Positions 9,447 to 20,711 of a stretch of 64,000 bases of DNA are shown in pieces (the stretch's first letter is position 1; the number at the start of each line of letters is the position of its first letter). The DNA lies in assembly GCA_902518505.1 (NCBI GenBank), contig CABYGG010000006.1, forward strand, positions 2,313-66,312, read 5' to 3'. Below the pieces are notes generated by a model. The model saw only the letters and a program-made list of their open reading frames with translations, ran no database searches and had not been told where the DNA came from. The stretch comes from an uncultured Alphaproteobacteria bacterium. GTDB lineage: Bacteria; Pseudomonadota; Alphaproteobacteria; HIMB59. The translations under genes were made by a program, and so were the position numbers.

Positions 9447-10322
9447 TTAATCATTAAGAGTTTTTATATAATCTTTCAAGTTGTTATGCTCTTTCCAGCC
9501 AAGTTGAATAGTTTTTTTTGTTTTTAACAAAGCATCCATTCTATTTCCCTTTTTTGGAGGTGTTAATTGGTATTTCATATTTAACAATTTTGCAATTTCT
9601 ATAATACTATAATTTTTTTTTGAACCAATGCCATAACCATCACCTAAGCCTTTTTTTCCTACTATTACTAGTCCATTGACTATATCATCAATATGAGTGA
9701 AACGTCTTTTTTGAGTACCTGGAGAAGTTATAGGTAAAAATTTTGCTTTCTTTTTTTTTAAATATAAAAACTTTGCAATAACTGTAGCATATTTTCCTCT
9801 AGATATTTCATTTTTACCATAGACATTATAAAAATATGTTATTGCATATTTCAGATTGAACCACTTAGCATATTGTTTCAAAAATTCTGTATTTATTCTT
9901 TTTGAAAATGAATACGGACTTTCGATTTCATCTAATTGTTTTGAAAATTTTGTACTCGATCCTGAATAAATTAATTTAGCATTATGATATTTTACTAATT
10001 TTAATATTTCTAGAAAAGGATATGAATTATAACTAAAAACTAAATCTATATCTTGAAAACTTTGTTCTACTCTTGAATACTCACCTAAGTGGTAAATATA
10101 ATCTAATTTAATTTTTTTATATAAATTGAAAATATCCTTTGTTTGTGATTTTTTATAATTAATACCTTTATGACAATTTGACTTCTTCCCGGTAAAAAAA
10201 TTGTCAATTACATATACTTTATTGCCACAATCTAACAATTTTTTTGCTAAGTTAGATCCAACGAAACCAGCTCCCCCAGTAATAAGGATTTTTTTGTTTT
10301 GTATTAATTTGTTATAGTTCAT
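9447..10322 (-). CDS. NAD-dependent epimerase/dehydratase
   Basis: ITGGAGFVGS, YSFSK, YFYNVYG. The start is probably the ATG at 10322 (MNYNK) rather than 10361. Confidence 0.85.
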   Translation of the reverse strand: MNYNKLIQNKKILITGGAGFVGSNLAKKLLDCGNKVYVIDNFFTGKKSNCHKGINYKKSQTKDIFNLYKKIKLDYIYHLGEYSRVEQSFQDIDLVFSYNSYPFLEILKLVKYHNAKLIYSGSSTKFSKQLDEIESPYSFSKRINTEFLKQYAKWFNLKYAITYFYNVYGKNEISRGKYATVIAKFLYLKKKKAKFLPITSPGTQKRRFTHIDDIVNGLVIVGKKGLGDGYGIGSKKNYSIIEIAKLLNMKYQLTPPKKGNRMDALLKTKKTIQLGWKEHNNLKDYIKTLND

Positions 10323-10473
10323 TAAGCTTTGATTATTATTATTATTTTTGTTAATTAGCAATTTTATTAGTGTCTAAAAAGCGCTATAAAAGCAATCACA
10401 AAATATATTTTTCATCTTAAATAATGATTAAGCACAATGTAAAATTCATTTTGTTAGTTATGATATAGACGCT

Positions 10474-11490
10474 ATGGAATACAAAATCTTAACCATTATT
10501 TTTTTGTTCTCAATAACTCTGAATTATCTTTTCATTAAAATTGATTTTTTAAAAGATAATGGCCCTAATAAACAAACTCAAGATATTCATCTTGGCAATA
10601 CCCCAAGATTAGGTGGTCTTATAATAGTAATTTTATTTTTTGGATATCAGGTTTTATCTTTAAATAGTTTAAGTATTTTATTTTGGTGTTCATTTCTAAT
10701 TTTAATACCAGCTTTTTTAGAAGATTTAAGAATTTCAATTAATCCATTAATTAGACTTACAGCAATTATAATTTCCTGCTTTATATTAATTATTAATTTG
10801 CCTGCTTTACCTCAATTTAATTTTGGATTTCTAAACATCTTGTTTAATAACAATATATTCCAAATAATTTTTTTCACTTTAGCTATGACAACAATTATAA
10901 ATGGACAAAATATCATTGACGGAACAAATGGGCTTTCCTCTATGGCTGCACTTTCAATTTTTGGAAGCATCTTTTTTTTGGGTATTTATTTAAATGATTT
11001 TTATGTGATAAAAATTAGCTCAGTGATAATTATCTTAATTATTGGTTTTTTACTTTTTAATTATCCATTTGGAAAAATATTTTTAGGTGACACTGGATGC
11101 TATTTTTTAGGGTTAATCTCAAGTTACTTAATAATAGATATTTTTGCACAAAATCGTGAGCTTTCATCTTGGTCTGCAGTAGTTATCTTTATCTATCCTT
11201 TACTAGAAGTAAGCACTTCATATTTTCGAAGAATTTTGAAGAGGAAGTCTCCTTTTTCTCCTGATAATATGCACCTCCACTCTAAAATCTATAGTTTAAT
11301 ATTTATCAAAGTTGAGCATAAACAAATAGCTAATGCTTTAGTTGCTCCATTTTTGTTTATGTTTTGGCTTATCCCTCAATTAGTAGTTCCTTTAACTCTA
11401 AGTAACCACCGTATTGCATTATTAGTAATACTATTAACATCAATTCTTTATTTAATTATATACTTTCTTACATACAAGTATCAAAAGTAA
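10474..11490 (+). CDS. MraY/WecA family undecaprenyl-phosphate sugar-1-phosphate transferase
   Basis: TPRLGG, NIIDGTNGL, IFLGDTG and PDNMHLH motifs; multiple TM helices. Confidence 0.9.
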   Translation: MEYKILTIIFLFSITLNYLFIKIDFLKDNGPNKQTQDIHLGNTPRLGGLIIVILFFGYQVLSLNSLSILFWCSFLILIPAFLEDLRISINPLIRLTAIIISCFILIINLPALPQFNFGFLNILFNNNIFQIIFFTLAMTTIINGQNIIDGTNGLSSMAALSIFGSIFFLGIYLNDFYVIKISSVIIILIIGFLLFNYPFGKIFLGDTGCYFLGLISSYLIIDIFAQNRELSSWSAVVIFIYPLLEVSTSYFRRILKRKSPFSPDNMHLHSKIYSLIFIKVEHKQIANALVAPFLFMFWLIPQLVVPLTLSNHRIALLVILLTSILYLIIYFLTYKYQK

Positions 11491-11520
11491 GTCATAAAAT
11501 CTTTGAAAAAAAGGTTTGAT

Positions 11521-12612
11521 TTACTGTTTTTCTATATAAATAGATTGAGAGGGGAATGCAAATGAGCTTTTACAATTACTGACAATAGATTTTATATTAT
11601 ATGCCAAAATCTCTTTGACCGATAAATACTTTGACCAATCATTTGTATTCGCAAATGTATAAATCAAAATATCAATACTTGAGTCATTAAATTTATCAAC
11701 TCTCACAAATAATTGATATTCATTATTAACAATAAAATCAGAGTTGCTTTTTATAAAGCTTTCAATTTCATGACATATTTTTTTTAACTGCTCTGTTGAA
11801 GTGTCATATGTCAGTCCAATTATCCATTTAATGCGCCGATATTTTCTATGAGAATAATTCAAAATAGCAGAATCTGAGAAAACATAATTAGGTAAAGAAA
11901 TAGATGAGGTATCAAACTGTCTTATTAAAGTGGATCTAAATCCAATATGCTCAACTGTTCCCATAGCTTGTCCAGGTACCTCAATGATATCTCCTAACTG
12001 AAATCTTTTTTCCATTATGATTAAAATACCTGAAATTAGATTTTTAAATAAATCCTGAGCTCCTAAAGCTACAGCAACTCCAAATAAACCTAAACCAGCT
12101 ATAACTGGGCCAATTTTGATACCCCAAGTTTCCAAAACTGCTACTATTCCCAAAAATATTATTAAATATTTCAAGGAACGCATTAACCAAATTACTAGAG
12201 CTTTTGATAGGAGCTCTTCTAATTTTTTAAAAGCATTTGATAATGGTGATAATGATTGATGGAGTAGCCAAAATACAAAAATTGTTATTAGTGTTTGGTT
12301 AATTTTATCTAAAACTATCCCTAATTGGCTGTTACTGTTAACAAAAAAACCCATAGAAATAAAAACTATAGTCAAAGGTAATATTTTTAATGGTGGTGCT
12401 AGGGAGTCAAAGAGTTTATCGTCAACTGTATTGCCTGTTTTTTTGATAATTGTTTTAATTTTAAAAACAACAAATCTTGCAAACAAGCCCCTTAAAATAA
12501 TTGAAATTATTAAAAGAGCTAAAATTAAAATTAGTTCGATTAATGTAATACCTAAGCTTTCTATTTTAATAGAATTTAGAAAATAATTATTTATTTTTGT
12601 TAGAATGTCCAT
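11521..12612 (-). CDS. mscS: Small-conductance mechanosensitive channel
   Basis: GLGLFGVAVALGAQD, GTVEHIGFRST and FAFPSQSIY motifs. Confidence 0.9.
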   Translation of the reverse strand: MDILTKINNYFLNSIKIESLGITLIELILILALLIISIILRGLFARFVVFKIKTIIKKTGNTVDDKLFDSLAPPLKILPLTIVFISMGFFVNSNSQLGIVLDKINQTLITIFVFWLLHQSLSPLSNAFKKLEELLSKALVIWLMRSLKYLIIFLGIVAVLETWGIKIGPVIAGLGLFGVAVALGAQDLFKNLISGILIIMEKRFQLGDIIEVPGQAMGTVEHIGFRSTLIRQFDTSSISLPNYVFSDSAILNYSHRKYRRIKWIIGLTYDTSTEQLKKICHEIESFIKSNSDFIVNNEYQLFVRVDKFNDSSIDILIYTFANTNDWSKYLSVKEILAYNIKSIVSNCKSSFAFPSQSIYIEKQ

Positions 12613-13906
12613 TCACTTTAGCATTATATAAATATCTCATGAAATAACCTAATGGCAACATCATAAAAACATTGTTCCAATTGTTATAAAGGCTCATATG
12701 AGGAACTAATGGCCACCAGTAAACAAATAAAATCATTGGATATAACAAGTATTCAAAAGGTATCTTTTTTTTTTGATTTGATAATAGTATAAAAAAAAGT
12801 TGCCTTATACCAATATAAGTTAAATATAAATAAAAAAATACCAATAATAAAAAACCAAGTATTCCTAATTCAGCTAAAGCTTGAATATATATATGATGAG
12901 GGTGAGAACTACATGATCTTTTTGTGACTTTATATTTTTCTTTATTGCAATGGTATCGAAAAGTATTTGTTCCAATTCCAAAAATTGGTTGGTCAGCAAA
13001 CATCTTAAATGCTGATAAATAGTGCTCTTCGTGGTGTGGTCCATAAGGCAAGAAAGATAATTTTGTATTACTTACCTGATCTATAGTTTTATCAAGCATT
13101 CTCTCTTTAGCAGCAGGATTGATTTGAAGAATTGCATATATAATTATAATAGATGCTAACAATCCTAATATTCGGTATAATCTAAAGTATGGAATAAAAA
13201 TTATTACTAAAAATGTAAACAAGCTTACATAAAATAAAGGAGCCCTCTCTCCAGATAAAAAAACGATGACTTCACTTATTACTAAAAAAGCAACTGATAA
13301 AATCATAACTTTCTTTGTTTTTTTAAAATTTTGATAAATTAGGGCAAATGTAAACATAGATAGATAAGCAACATACCTTCCAATGATTGGTTCTTTTCCA
13401 AAAAAACCAGTGAGCCGAGAAGGTGCATGAGCCAAATTTCCGAAAAGGTTAATTTTATAAATGTACTGATAGAGTCCATCAATACAAACTATTAAGATAC
13501 TTAAAATTGAAACAACAAGAAAACATTTAGACATATGAGGATTGACATCAAGAAGATACCAAACACCTAAAGCAAAAAAAATATAACGAAAATAAAACAT
13601 ACTTCCCTCATTACTCAATGAGTCAATGGGAATATCAGAAAATACAGAGCGGGCGACTCCATAGATACTAAATATTATAAAACCATAAAAAATGGGATTG
13701 TGATAATAATGCCACTTTTTACTAGGAATTGTTTTAAATAAAAAATATGAAGCAATAAGAGATAAAAAAATATCTGGTAATGCGGGGCCGGTAATAAGAA
13801 CAATTGGCAAAAGTATAAAGAGAGTAGAAAAAAAAATAACATCAATTTTCAAGGAACGATCTAAATAGAAATTTTTGAATGGTAAGAAAATCAAATTATT
13901 CATCAT
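12587..13906 (-). CDS. O-antigen ligase (WaaL/Wzy_C family)
   Basis: Many TM segments; SGERAP, PIFGIGTNTFR and HPHHIYIQALAELG motifs. Confidence 0.88.
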   Translation of the reverse strand: MMNNLIFLPFKNFYLDRSLKIDVIFFSTLFILLPIVLITGPALPDIFLSLIASYFLFKTIPSKKWHYYHNPIFYGFIIFSIYGVARSVFSDIPIDSLSNEGSMFYFRYIFFALGVWYLLDVNPHMSKCFLVVSILSILIVCIDGLYQYIYKINLFGNLAHAPSRLTGFFGKEPIIGRYVAYLSMFTFALIYQNFKKTKKVMILSVAFLVISEVIVFLSGERAPLFYVSLFTFLVIIFIPYFRLYRILGLLASIIIIYAILQINPAAKERMLDKTIDQVSNTKLSFLPYGPHHEEHYLSAFKMFADQPIFGIGTNTFRYHCNKEKYKVTKRSCSSHPHHIYIQALAELGILGFLLLVFFYLYLTYIGIRQLFFILLSNQKKKIPFEYLLYPMILFVYWWPLVPHMSLYNNWNNVFMMLPLGYFMRYLYNAKVNGHSNKNK

Positions 13907-13940
13907 GTAACATTAGATGAAAGAAAGGGATAAAAAAACA

Positions 13941-13970
13941 AAAAAGCCGAGTAAAACTCGGCTTTTTTTT
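13941..13970. terminator. Bidirectional intrinsic terminator downstream of groEL
   Basis: AAAAAGCCGAGT-AAA-ACTCGGCTTTTT hairpin with A and T tracts on both sides. Confidence 0.88.
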
Positions 13971-13990
13971 TAAATTTAGTTTATCTGTGA

Positions 13991-15649
<1,659 letters not shown>

Positions 15650-15667
15650 TTATAAAATTCCTTTCAA

Positions 15668-15958
15668 TTACTTTTCAATAATTCCCATGATGTCTGACTC
15701 CTTCATTATTAGAAGCTCTTTACCATCAATTTTTACTTCCGTACCAGACCATTTACCAAACAAAATTCGATCACCTTTTTTTACATCTAAAGCAACAACT
15801 TGTCCATTTTCGTTTCTAGCACCACCACCTACAGAAATAACTTTTCCTTCCATAGGTTTTTCTTGAGCAGTATCAGGAATAATGATACCGCCTTTAGTAC
15901 GATCTTCTTGTTCTACTCTTTCGACCAAGACTCTATCGTGTAAGGGTTTTAAATTCAT
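15668..15958 (-). CDS. groES: Co-chaperonin GroES
   Basis: [23 protein letters not shown] and [10 protein letters not shown] motifs. Confidence 0.99.
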   Translation of the reverse strand: MNLKPLHDRVLVERVEQEDRTKGGIIIPDTAQEKPMEGKVISVGGGARNENGQVVALDVKKGDRILFGKWSGTEVKIDGKELLIMKESDIMGIIEK

Positions 15959-15988
15959 TTTTTTACCTCTATATCTAAAATTTAGTTT

Positions 15989-16015
15989 TTAGCACTCACT
16001 TTTATAGAGTGCTAA
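15989..16015 (-). promoter_or_regulatory. CIRCE element (HrcA operator)
   Basis: Exact TTAGCACTC-N9(ACTTTTATA)-GAGTGCTAA, 30 nt upstream of groES. Confidence 0.95.
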
Positions 16016-16025
16016 ATCATTTTAG

Positions 16026-16054
16026 TAAATGGTAAATATATTTCTAGTTTCAAG
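16026..16054 (-). promoter_or_regulatory. Probable sigma32 (RpoH) promoter of groESL
   Basis: Minus strand reads CTTGAAA...ACCATTTA, close to the CTTGAA/CCCATNT consensus, directly upstream of CIRCE. Confidence 0.5.
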
Positions 16055-16195
16055 CGAAAAATCATAAAAATAATGAAAAATATTGAAATTTCCTCCTAAT
16101 TACTTAATTATTCCTATATGAAAAATAGCTTAAATCTGGACAACATTGCTAAATTACTCATTTTCAATAGTCTTTTTAAAGATTGGCTATCATAA

Positions 16196-18352
16196 TTGTT
16201 CGAAAATAATTTTAACAAACAGCTAGTGTTGATAGGTGGTGGGCATGCTAATGTCCAAGTATTAAAGAAACTATGCATGAACAATATAAAAGGACTTCAT
16301 ACAATTTTAATTAGTGAACATTTTGAGGCCACCTATTCAGGCATGACGCCTGGATATATTCATAAAGAATTTAATAAAGATGAAATAAGCATTGATCTTC
16401 AAAGACTATGTTTTAATGCAGGAGCAACATTTATCAAAGATAAAGTCGTAAAGATAGAAAATATTAATAAAAAGTTAGAATTGCTAAATTTACCCTCAAT
16501 ACATTACGATTTATTATCAATTAATACAGGCTCGATCTCGAATACTAAAGGATTAGAGATAGAAAATTCATCTAGGTGCTTTTTTGTAAAACCTATTAGT
16601 TTACTTGTAAAAAACTTGGGACAGATCGATAAAATAATAAAAAATAAAAAAAGTAAAATTGCCATTATAGGTGGGGGTATAGCGTCTTATGAATTAGCTT
16701 TTAGCCTATCAAGAAGATATAAAAATAATTTAGAAATTACTATTTTAGGAAAAAATTTTTTAAAAGAGAAAAACTTAAATAAGAAAACAAAAAAATATTT
16801 AAAAAAAATTTCAAAACAACTAGGTATTAGAGAATTTTTAGGAGAAGTTGTTACAATATCAGAAACACATTTAATTTTAAAAAATGGTGTTAAATTTGAT
16901 TGTGATTTAAGTTTACTCTCATCAGGAGCTAATATTGAGTCATGGTTATCAAATAGCAACCTTAACAAAGACAAGAGTGGATTTATAGCTGTTGATAATA
17001 ATCTTTTATCAACCAATGATAAAAGTGTTTTTATTACAGGAGATGCCTGTGGTATAGAAGATAATTTTAGACCAAAATCAGGGGTAATGGCAGTTCGTCA
17101 AGGAGAGGTATTAAAAGAAAATATTTTTTTAAAATTAACTGGTCGGCCACTTGTTAAATTTAAACCTCAAAAAAATTGGCTTTATTTAATTGGCACTCAT
17201 GAAAATTATGCTTTATTAAACTATTATTTCTTATCTTTTCATGGCCGATGGTGCTGGAAGTTAAAAGAAATAATTGATAGAGGGTTTATAAATAAATTTA
17301 AATTTTCAAGTGGTAAAAGTATGACAAAAAAAAATTTAGAATTAGAAAAATCAAAAGATGTTAAAATGTACTGTCAAGGTTGTGGCTCTAAAGTTTCTAA
17401 AAAAACCCTAGTCAAATATTTAAATGCAGAAAGTTCCAATCCTGAGTTATCAGATGCATCAATCGTTAATAATAACTCCTCATCTCAACTACAAAGCATT
17501 GATCACATAAAACTATTTTCATCACTCAATCCTTTTGATTTTGGAATTATTAGCTATCTACATTCCCAAAATGATATTTTATCAAGTGGCGGTTCTGTTC
17601 AAACAATCAGTGTCTCTCAAGGCTTGCCTTTCTCAGAGGGAATAATAGAAAGCTTTTACATGGAATATTTCATGAAGGGCATAAAATCTGAAGCTATAAA
17701 AGATGGCTCAACTATTGTTTCTGGACATAGTTACCAGTCAAAAGAACCTGGCATCACAATTACAATGAATGGAATATTTGAAAAACAAATTTCTAAAAAC
17801 CAAGGGAAAGAAAATGACCTCATTTATCTGTCAAAACCTTTAGGCACTGGATACCTTTTAGCTGCATATTTTAATAATTCAGATCTTATATCAAGTATCA
17901 ATTTTCAAAATTTAATTGAATGGCTAAAAAAGGGAAACAGTAAAGCATCTGAAATTTCAAAAATTTTTAAAAGTAGTATTTCAACTGATATTAGTGGATT
18001 TGGATTAGCCTCTCACTTATCTGATATTTGCAGATCTTCAAAATTAAGTGCTGAAATTAGACTCAATGAAGAGATATTGATTAATAAAAATATCGAGATA
18101 TTAGAAAACTTTAAAAGTACGGGCTTTAATAATAATTACTCATCATCTGTAAATGATGTTTTGGTATCCAATAGCAATAAGTTGAAAAATATTCTTTATG
18201 ACCCCCAAACAAATGGTCCTCTTTTATTCTCTATTCATATAAAAAATCAAATTGAATTTGAGAGGAAATTTCAATTAGAACTTGGCTTTAGTCCAATTCT
18301 TCTAGGAAAGCTCAAGAAGCCTGAGCATAAATTAATTAATGTGATTGATTAA
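16196..18352 (+). CDS. selD: Selenide,water dikinase with N-terminal FAD-dependent pyridine-nucleotide oxidoreductase domain
   Basis: N-terminal LIGGGHA, YSGMTPG, PKSGVMAVRQG; C-terminal MYCQGCGSKV, LSKPLGTG, TDISGFGL, DPQTNG. Confidence 0.85.
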   Translation: MFENNFNKQLVLIGGGHANVQVLKKLCMNNIKGLHTILISEHFEATYSGMTPGYIHKEFNKDEISIDLQRLCFNAGATFIKDKVVKIENINKKLELLNLPSIHYDLLSINTGSISNTKGLEIENSSRCFFVKPISLLVKNLGQIDKIIKNKKSKIAIIGGGIASYELAFSLSRRYKNNLEITILGKNFLKEKNLNKKTKKYLKKISKQLGIREFLGEVVTISETHLILKNGVKFDCDLSLLSSGANIESWLSNSNLNKDKSGFIAVDNNLLSTNDKSVFITGDACGIEDNFRPKSGVMAVRQGEVLKENIFLKLTGRPLVKFKPQKNWLYLIGTHENYALLNYYFLSFHGRWCWKLKEIIDRGFINKFKFSSGKSMTKKNLELEKSKDVKMYCQGCGSKVSKKTLVKYLNAESSNPELSDASIVNNNSSSQLQSIDHIKLFSSLNPFDFGIISYLHSQNDILSSGGSVQTISVSQGLPFSEGIIESFYMEYFMKGIKSEAIKDGSTIVSGHSYQSKEPGITITMNGIFEKQISKNQGKENDLIYLSKPLGTGYLLAAYFNNSDLISSINFQNLIEWLKKGNSKASEISKIFKSSISTDISGFGLASHLSDICRSSKLSAEIRLNEEILINKNIEILENFKSTGFNNNYSSSVNDVLVSNSNKLKNILYDPQTNGPLLFSIHIKNQIEFERKFQLELGFSPILLGKLKKPEHKLINVID

Positions 18353-18357
18353 TAAAT

Positions 18358-19053
18358 TTACCTTTCAAATTTTTTTTTAAATAAAATAATCATAATTATT
18401 ATAAAAGCTATAAATCCCAAAGGGATTAAGTACTCTGGCTGGGCTATTAAAGAAAAGCTTAATTTAGTCTTGTTTACAAATATTTCTTCTAATCCTTGTC
18501 CAATGCTTCCAAAAATAAATGACCATGGGGCCAATCCAATTAAAGTAGTATAAAAGAATTTTTTATTATTTGCTCCAAGTCCAGCTAAAATTAGATTTTG
18601 TAAAAAAAAAGGAGTGCCAGGAATAATACGAATTAACATCATTAACTCTAAATCATTTTTATTAAAGTAATTTTTTATATAAGGATATTTATCTAAAAAT
18701 TTTTTTTTTATAAAGTCTAAAAAAAAAAATTTAGCAATTATAAAAACACTAAAAGCACCAATTGTACCTCCAACTATAGATATAATACTGCCTACCCATG
18801 TTCCGAATAGAAAACCATTGATCATAGATAACAAAGAAGCAAATGGGAAATTACATATTATTAAGAAACTATATGAGAGAATAAATATGAATACTGAAAT
18901 AAAAAAATTCTGTAATATGAAATTTTGAATAATTTCTAAATTAGAAAAAAAAGTTTGAAGTTGAAAAAAATCTTTATTTACAAAATATATAGTCCATAAA
19001 ACTAAAATTACTGTGAATAAAATAAAAACTAATAATCTTTTTGATAAATTCAC
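18358..19053 (-). CDS. TVP38/TMEM64 (VTT/DedA) membrane protein
   Basis: GFLFGTWVG, GGTIGA and RIIPGTPFFLQN motifs. Confidence 0.85.
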   Translation of the reverse strand: MNLSKRLLVFILFTVILVLWTIYFVNKDFFQLQTFFSNLEIIQNFILQNFFISVFIFILSYSFLIICNFPFASLLSMINGFLFGTWVGSIISIVGGTIGAFSVFIIAKFFFLDFIKKKFLDKYPYIKNYFNKNDLELMMLIRIIPGTPFFLQNLILAGLGANNKKFFYTTLIGLAPWSFIFGSIGQGLEEIFVNKTKLSFSLIAQPEYLIPLGFIAFIIIMIILFKKKFER

Positions 19054-19781
19054 TATATTAATAGCATTTCTAATGAGGGTAAGATTGAATTAAGTTGAAA
19101 TCCTAATGATTGAATCGATCCATTGAAAATTAACACACCTGTAATAAGTAGAATTATTCCGGTAATAAATTGAAAATAACGAATGTATCTATTTAAAAGA
19201 CTAGTCATTATAATTAATTTACCCATCATGAGCCCTAAAATGATAAAAGGGACAGCCAAACCCATCGAGTAAAAAGACAATAATATAAATCCATTCACGC
19301 TATCTTTGATAGCGACAGCCAATACTGATCCTAAAATTGGTCCTATACAAGGACTCCAACCAAAAGCGAATGCAACTCCTATTAAAAAAGGAAAGAAATG
19401 GTTATTTTGAAAACCCTTAAGGTTCAATTTACGCTCAAAATCTAAGAAAGGTATTTTAATTATACCAATGAAATATAGCCCCAAAATAATGATTAAAATA
19501 CCAGATATAAAGTTTAACTGCTTTTTAAAATCAAAAAAAATATCACTTAAAAAATCAATTGAGGCTCCCATTATTATAAAAACAAATGAGAAACCTATTG
19601 TAAACAACAACACATTTGGAAATAACTTAAGTGTACTCATACCTGAAGAATTTTGTAAATCTGCAAATGATTTACCAACAATGTATGATATAAATCCTGG
19701 AACAATCGGTAAGACACAAGGGGAAAGGAAACTTAAAATACCAGCTAAAAAAGCAATAGTTAGAGGAATATCTTGAATCAT
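19053..19781 (-). CDS. ccdA: Cytochrome c biogenesis / thiol-redox membrane protein CcdA
   Basis: SFLSPCVLPIVP and GWSPCIGPIL Cys-Pro motifs. Confidence 0.92.
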   Translation of the reverse strand: MIQDIPLTIAFLAGILSFLSPCVLPIVPGFISYIVGKSFADLQNSSGMSTLKLFPNVLLFTIGFSFVFIIMGASIDFLSDIFFDFKKQLNFISGILIIILGLYFIGIIKIPFLDFERKLNLKGFQNNHFFPFLIGVAFAFGWSPCIGPILGSVLAVAIKDSVNGFILLSFYSMGLAVPFIILGLMMGKLIIMTSLLNRYIRYFQFITGIILLITGVLIFNGSIQSLGFQLNSILPSLEMLLI

Positions 19782-19820
19782 AATTTATATTAACATTATA
19801 CTTATCTTACAATAACACAG

Positions 19821-20429
19821 ATGTTTGATCGCCAAATTCAAAAATTTACTCAAAAACCATTCATATATATTTCCAAATTTTTTTTAAAATTTATTTCTCC
19901 TAATCTAATGACTTTAATAGGATTTGGCTTTGGAGTTTTAATGTGTATTTCAATTATTGTTGATCAATATTTTATAGGTTTAATCTTTTTATTTTTAAAT
20001 CGACTTTCGGACGGCCTTGATGGAGCAATGGCAAGATTACAAACCCCTACTCCTCTGGGAGGATATCTTGATATTGTCTTAGACTTTTTGATATATGGGG
20101 GCTTTGTTGTTTCATTTGGAATAACCGAGCAAAATAATACTTTTTTATCGATGATTTTATTATTTTGTTATATAGGGACTGGAGCTACATTTTTAGCAAA
20201 AGCAGCAATTCTTCCTTCATTAACTTATCAAAGCTTAAATAATAAAGGTATCCCTAAAAGCTTTCATTATGCTGGTGGATTAGTTGAAGGAAGTGAAACA
20301 ATCATATTTATGATCTTATGTTTATTATTTCCAAATTTATTTGTTTATTTTTCATCTATTTTTATTGTTTTATGCCTAATAACCATTGTATTTAGAATTA
20401 TTGTTTGTTATCGAGAGCTTAATTATTAA
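19821..20429 (+). CDS. CDP-alcohol phosphatidyltransferase family (YnjF-like)
   Basis: NRLSDGLDGAMAR...GGYLDIVLD signature; GGLVEGSET. Confidence 0.88.
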   Translation: MFDRQIQKFTQKPFIYISKFFLKFISPNLMTLIGFGFGVLMCISIIVDQYFIGLIFLFLNRLSDGLDGAMARLQTPTPLGGYLDIVLDFLIYGGFVVSFGITEQNNTFLSMILLFCYIGTGATFLAKAAILPSLTYQSLNNKGIPKSFHYAGGLVEGSETIIFMILCLLFPNLFVYFSSIFIVLCLITIVFRIIVCYRELNY

Positions 20430-20711
20430 TTTAGAACAGGTTTTTTATGCTAACCAAAAGATCGTTAGTTGAAAACTCAATTAAGAGCTAGTTATTTTGG
20501 TGAAAATTTTTAGAGATCGAAGTGCTGTCTATGTAAGAGAAATTTTTTTTAATTAGATTTTTTGTGTTTTTGATTTAAGATTAGTTGTTTTTATGAAGTT
20601 CTGATTTAATAAAATGTTAGTATTCTATTTCCGCTACCTTTATTTTTTTATTTTTAAAAAGATATACAGTCTAAATTTTTTATTAAATAAAGTGGTTAAG
20701 GATAATCTGTA

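Noticed and set aside
10332-10346. (ATT)5 microsatellite giving a poly-Asn N-terminal extension of the epimerase
   Set aside because: It probably lies upstream of the true start (10322); such short repeats are expected in AT-rich DNA.
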